This document shows positions 62,316-64,000 of a stretch of 64,000 bases of DNA, one piece after another. Source of the DNA: Candidatus Microgenomates bacterium (GTDB taxonomy: Bacteria > Patescibacteriota > Microgenomatia > UBA8517 > JACQJR01). Position 1 is the stretch's first letter, and each line of letters begins with the position of its first letter. Both the position numbers and the translations under genes were made by a program. The stretch lies in contig JACQJR010000002.1 in assembly GCA_016204995.1 (NCBI GenBank), positions 2,557 to 66,556 on the forward strand. The letters run 5' to 3'. Below the pieces are notes generated by a model, which did no database searches, was not told where the DNA came from, and saw nothing but the letters and a program-made list of their open reading frames with translations.

Positions 62316-62990
62316 GGGGAGAGAAGTAGGCACAGCTGGCTAGATTATTCGTCTTTTGTTCGGAAAGGACTTTTTAGACATAGATAACAAAAAGAGAGAA
62401 AAATAGAACAGTAAACAGTTTGCATTATTAATTATAAATTGTAAATTATACATTGAGTGCTTTAAGACACGCTCTTCTCTGGCAAATTGGTTTGACGTCG
62501 CAAAAGTATTATTGTGCGACCTACTATGATTTTGTTCCCTGTTGTGGATGGACACGCTATAATAAGCAGAGCTTGTTACTCGTCCACTATGTGGACTTCG
62601 TAATAGCCCCTACAACGCCCTTTTGGGGAGTGAGACGACTACTTGTATATCCCGAATTATCTGACTAATCTCTATCTTAACGACTTCTGCCTTAAAAAAC
62701 GTTAGTGCCACCGGGCCTTCGGGTTTTGTAAGAAAGGGATGTTGAAAAATTATCCACATAGAGCCCCGAAGGGGTGGCGTCGCCATATCAGACTGTATCA
62801 TTTGAAGCTAATTATTCTTACTGGCAGGAGCCAGGAGAAGCGCTAGGCTCAAAGCTGGTTTAGCACCGGCCTGTCTAATCTGCGTGAAAATTTAACCGCT
62901 TTTTCGTGAAAACTCCCTATGGCACTATAGGTCGCACAACTAAACTTGTCCTTCATTCTATCCTCTCCCCTTTCTCGCCAGTAGTCTGAA
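62316..62990 (+). ncRNA. Candidate large structured non-coding RNA (~650 nt), family not recognised
   Basis: Terminal helix GGGGAGAG/CTCTCCCC, 12-bp TTGTGCGACCTA/TAGGTCGCACAA, and more than 8 further stems, mostly G-U-compatible on +; no credible ORF. Confidence 0.6.
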
Positions 62991-62993
62991 AAA

Positions 62994-63030
62994 TTTTCTA
63001 ATCTCTAAGCTCTAGCATCTAAGTTCTAGC
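62994..63030. repeat. Heptamer tandem repeat (NNNTCTA x5)
   Basis: TTTTCTA ATCTCTA AGCTCTA GCATCTA AGTTCTA. Confidence 0.65.
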
Positions 63031-63031
63031 C

Positions 63032-63802
63032 TCAGCCACCCCATCTGGCGCTCACGTAAACTGCAATCGCTACCACCAAGCCCACCAGCAGGTACTCCTT
63101 CACAGTTTTAGCAAAAAGCCGGTTTTGTAAATAGGCTTGAGTTAAACCTAAAATTACATACAAAATACTGGTTAGAAACAAGGAGGATACCAACACTGTC
63201 AATGGCCACAAGGAAATCATAAAGGAAATCTCCCCTACGATCAATCCGGCCACGCCTGCTAATTGCCAAACGCGCCTGCTAATTTTATCCGACAACTCTA
63301 TTGACCAGAGATTTTGCAAAAGTAACGGCAAAGCCAAAAAGGCGGCTATCAAAGCATTAAAGTGCGGGTAAAGCCGGAAGGACCATAAGGTGTCAAATAA
63401 AAAGAAAGACGCCAGTAAAGTTAGTAAAAAACCGACCGCGTGAGCAGCCCGCAACAGAGCGATCGTCCGGATGGAAGCCACGTTATAAATATTGGAAGTT
63501 AAAAGAAGGGCGTACATACCTAAACCATACAGCAAAACCACCGGCAAACGGGCTAACTGTGAAGCTGGCAGCAAAAAATAGAATAAACCGACGCCGGCCG
63601 TAAAAAGCACCGGTAAAACCAAGGTTAAAACTGTGGCGTTAAACCTCAAACTATCCCGCAAAGCCCAAAAGGATAAAATTAAAGAAACCCCAATAACCAC
63701 TAAAATCGCCTCGTAGCGAAACAGAAAATTGGACAACTGAATAAATAAGAAAGCGCTTGATAAAATACCAGAGGTCAGTAAAAATTTTCTTCTTTTACTC
63801 AT
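63032..63802 (-). CDS. Multi-pass membrane protein (DUF5656-like)
   Basis: LLT.NI.NV.S.RTI.LLRAA motif, about 8 TM segments. Confidence 0.7.
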   Translation of the reverse strand: MSKRRKFLLTSGILSSAFLFIQLSNFLFRYEAILVVIGVSLILSFWALRDSLRFNATVLTLVLPVLFTAGVGLFYFLLPASQLARLPVVLLYGLGMYALLLTSNIYNVASIRTIALLRAAHAVGFLLTLLASFFLFDTLWSFRLYPHFNALIAAFLALPLLLQNLWSIELSDKISRRVWQLAGVAGLIVGEISFMISLWPLTVLVSSLFLTSILYVILGLTQAYLQNRLFAKTVKEYLLVGLVVAIAVYVSARWGG

Positions 63803-64000
63803 GGATATCTAAATTGGCATAAACTGCCTGCACATCGTCATGATTTTGCAAGGTTTCCAGAAAACTGACTACTTTTTGCGCCTCATCCGACCCTAAACTT
63901 ACCAGATTAAGCGGTTTCATGGTCAGTTCGGCGCTAACCACCCCAAACCCCAGACCGGCAATTTTTTCGCGGGTGTTATTAAGTTCCGCCGGCTTAGTGT
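63795..64000 (-). CDS. yebC: YebC/PmpR family protein, 3' end
   Basis: Manual translation ..AELTMKP....LETLQNHDDVQAVYANLDIHE*. Confidence 0.88.
   Translation of the reverse strand, partial: TKPAELNNTREKIAGLGFGVVSAELTMKPLNLVSLGSDEAQKVVSFLETLQNHDDVQAVYANLDIHE

Noticed and set aside
62540..62760. Replication origin (TTATCCACA at 62750-58)
   Set aside because: Only one perfect DnaA box, no dnaA/dnaN nearby, and the TGTGGA/TCCACA words are explained by RNA pairings
62340..62801. Three 63-71 aa ORFs in the track
   Set aside because: Short, overlapping on both strands, with no motifs or initiation signals
62514..62880. Group II intron (GTGCG start, GAGCC..GGCTC hairpin)
   Set aside because: The hairpin is too short for domain V and lacks its bulge geometry; the GTGCG is tied up in another helix
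62316..62990. Group I intron (ATGATACAGTCTG on - resembles the S element; ACGACTAC on + resembles R)
   Set aside because: No matching P7 partner with a P3-P6 core in the right order on either strand, and no interrupted host gene
62316..62990. tmRNA or RNase P RNA
   Set aside because: No T-arm/CCA end and no GAGGAAAGTCC or other P4 signature

Overview
Bacterial chromosomal segment. Gene content and style point to a Patescibacteria/CPR genome, probably Microgenomates (inference): streamlined ThrRS, PheT and trigger factor, a large type IV pilus locus, near-leaderless promoters and many short orphan genes. It carries housekeeping genes (dinB, metK with a SAM-I riboswitch, pyrD, tig, tRNA-Val, thrS-infC-rpmI-rplT-pheST, PBP1A, tyrS, recG, rpmF-nusB-rnc-rpsP-khpA, gyrB, gyrA, hppA, xer-type recombinase, yebC) and a complete T4P cluster with about 10 pilins. 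Mobile-type genes are two HUH/Y1 (RAYT-like) transposases with flanking palindromes and a frameshifted GIY-YIG nuclease inside inverted repeats. The main unexplained signals are: (1) a ~650-nt ORF-free region (62316-62990) with many long-range, G-U-biased helices and a 12-bp pseudoknot-type pairing, a candidate large structured ncRNA; (2) 7-8 bp tandem/inverted repeats in the cleavable leader peptides of 7 of 10 prepilins; (3) short palindromes inserted in frame in housekeeping proteins; (4) a boxA-like, end-paired cassette of two Cys-rich orphan genes; (5) an unannotated 45-aa basic ORF between rpmI and rplT. All calls come from reading the sequence by eye; no searches or folding programs were run.
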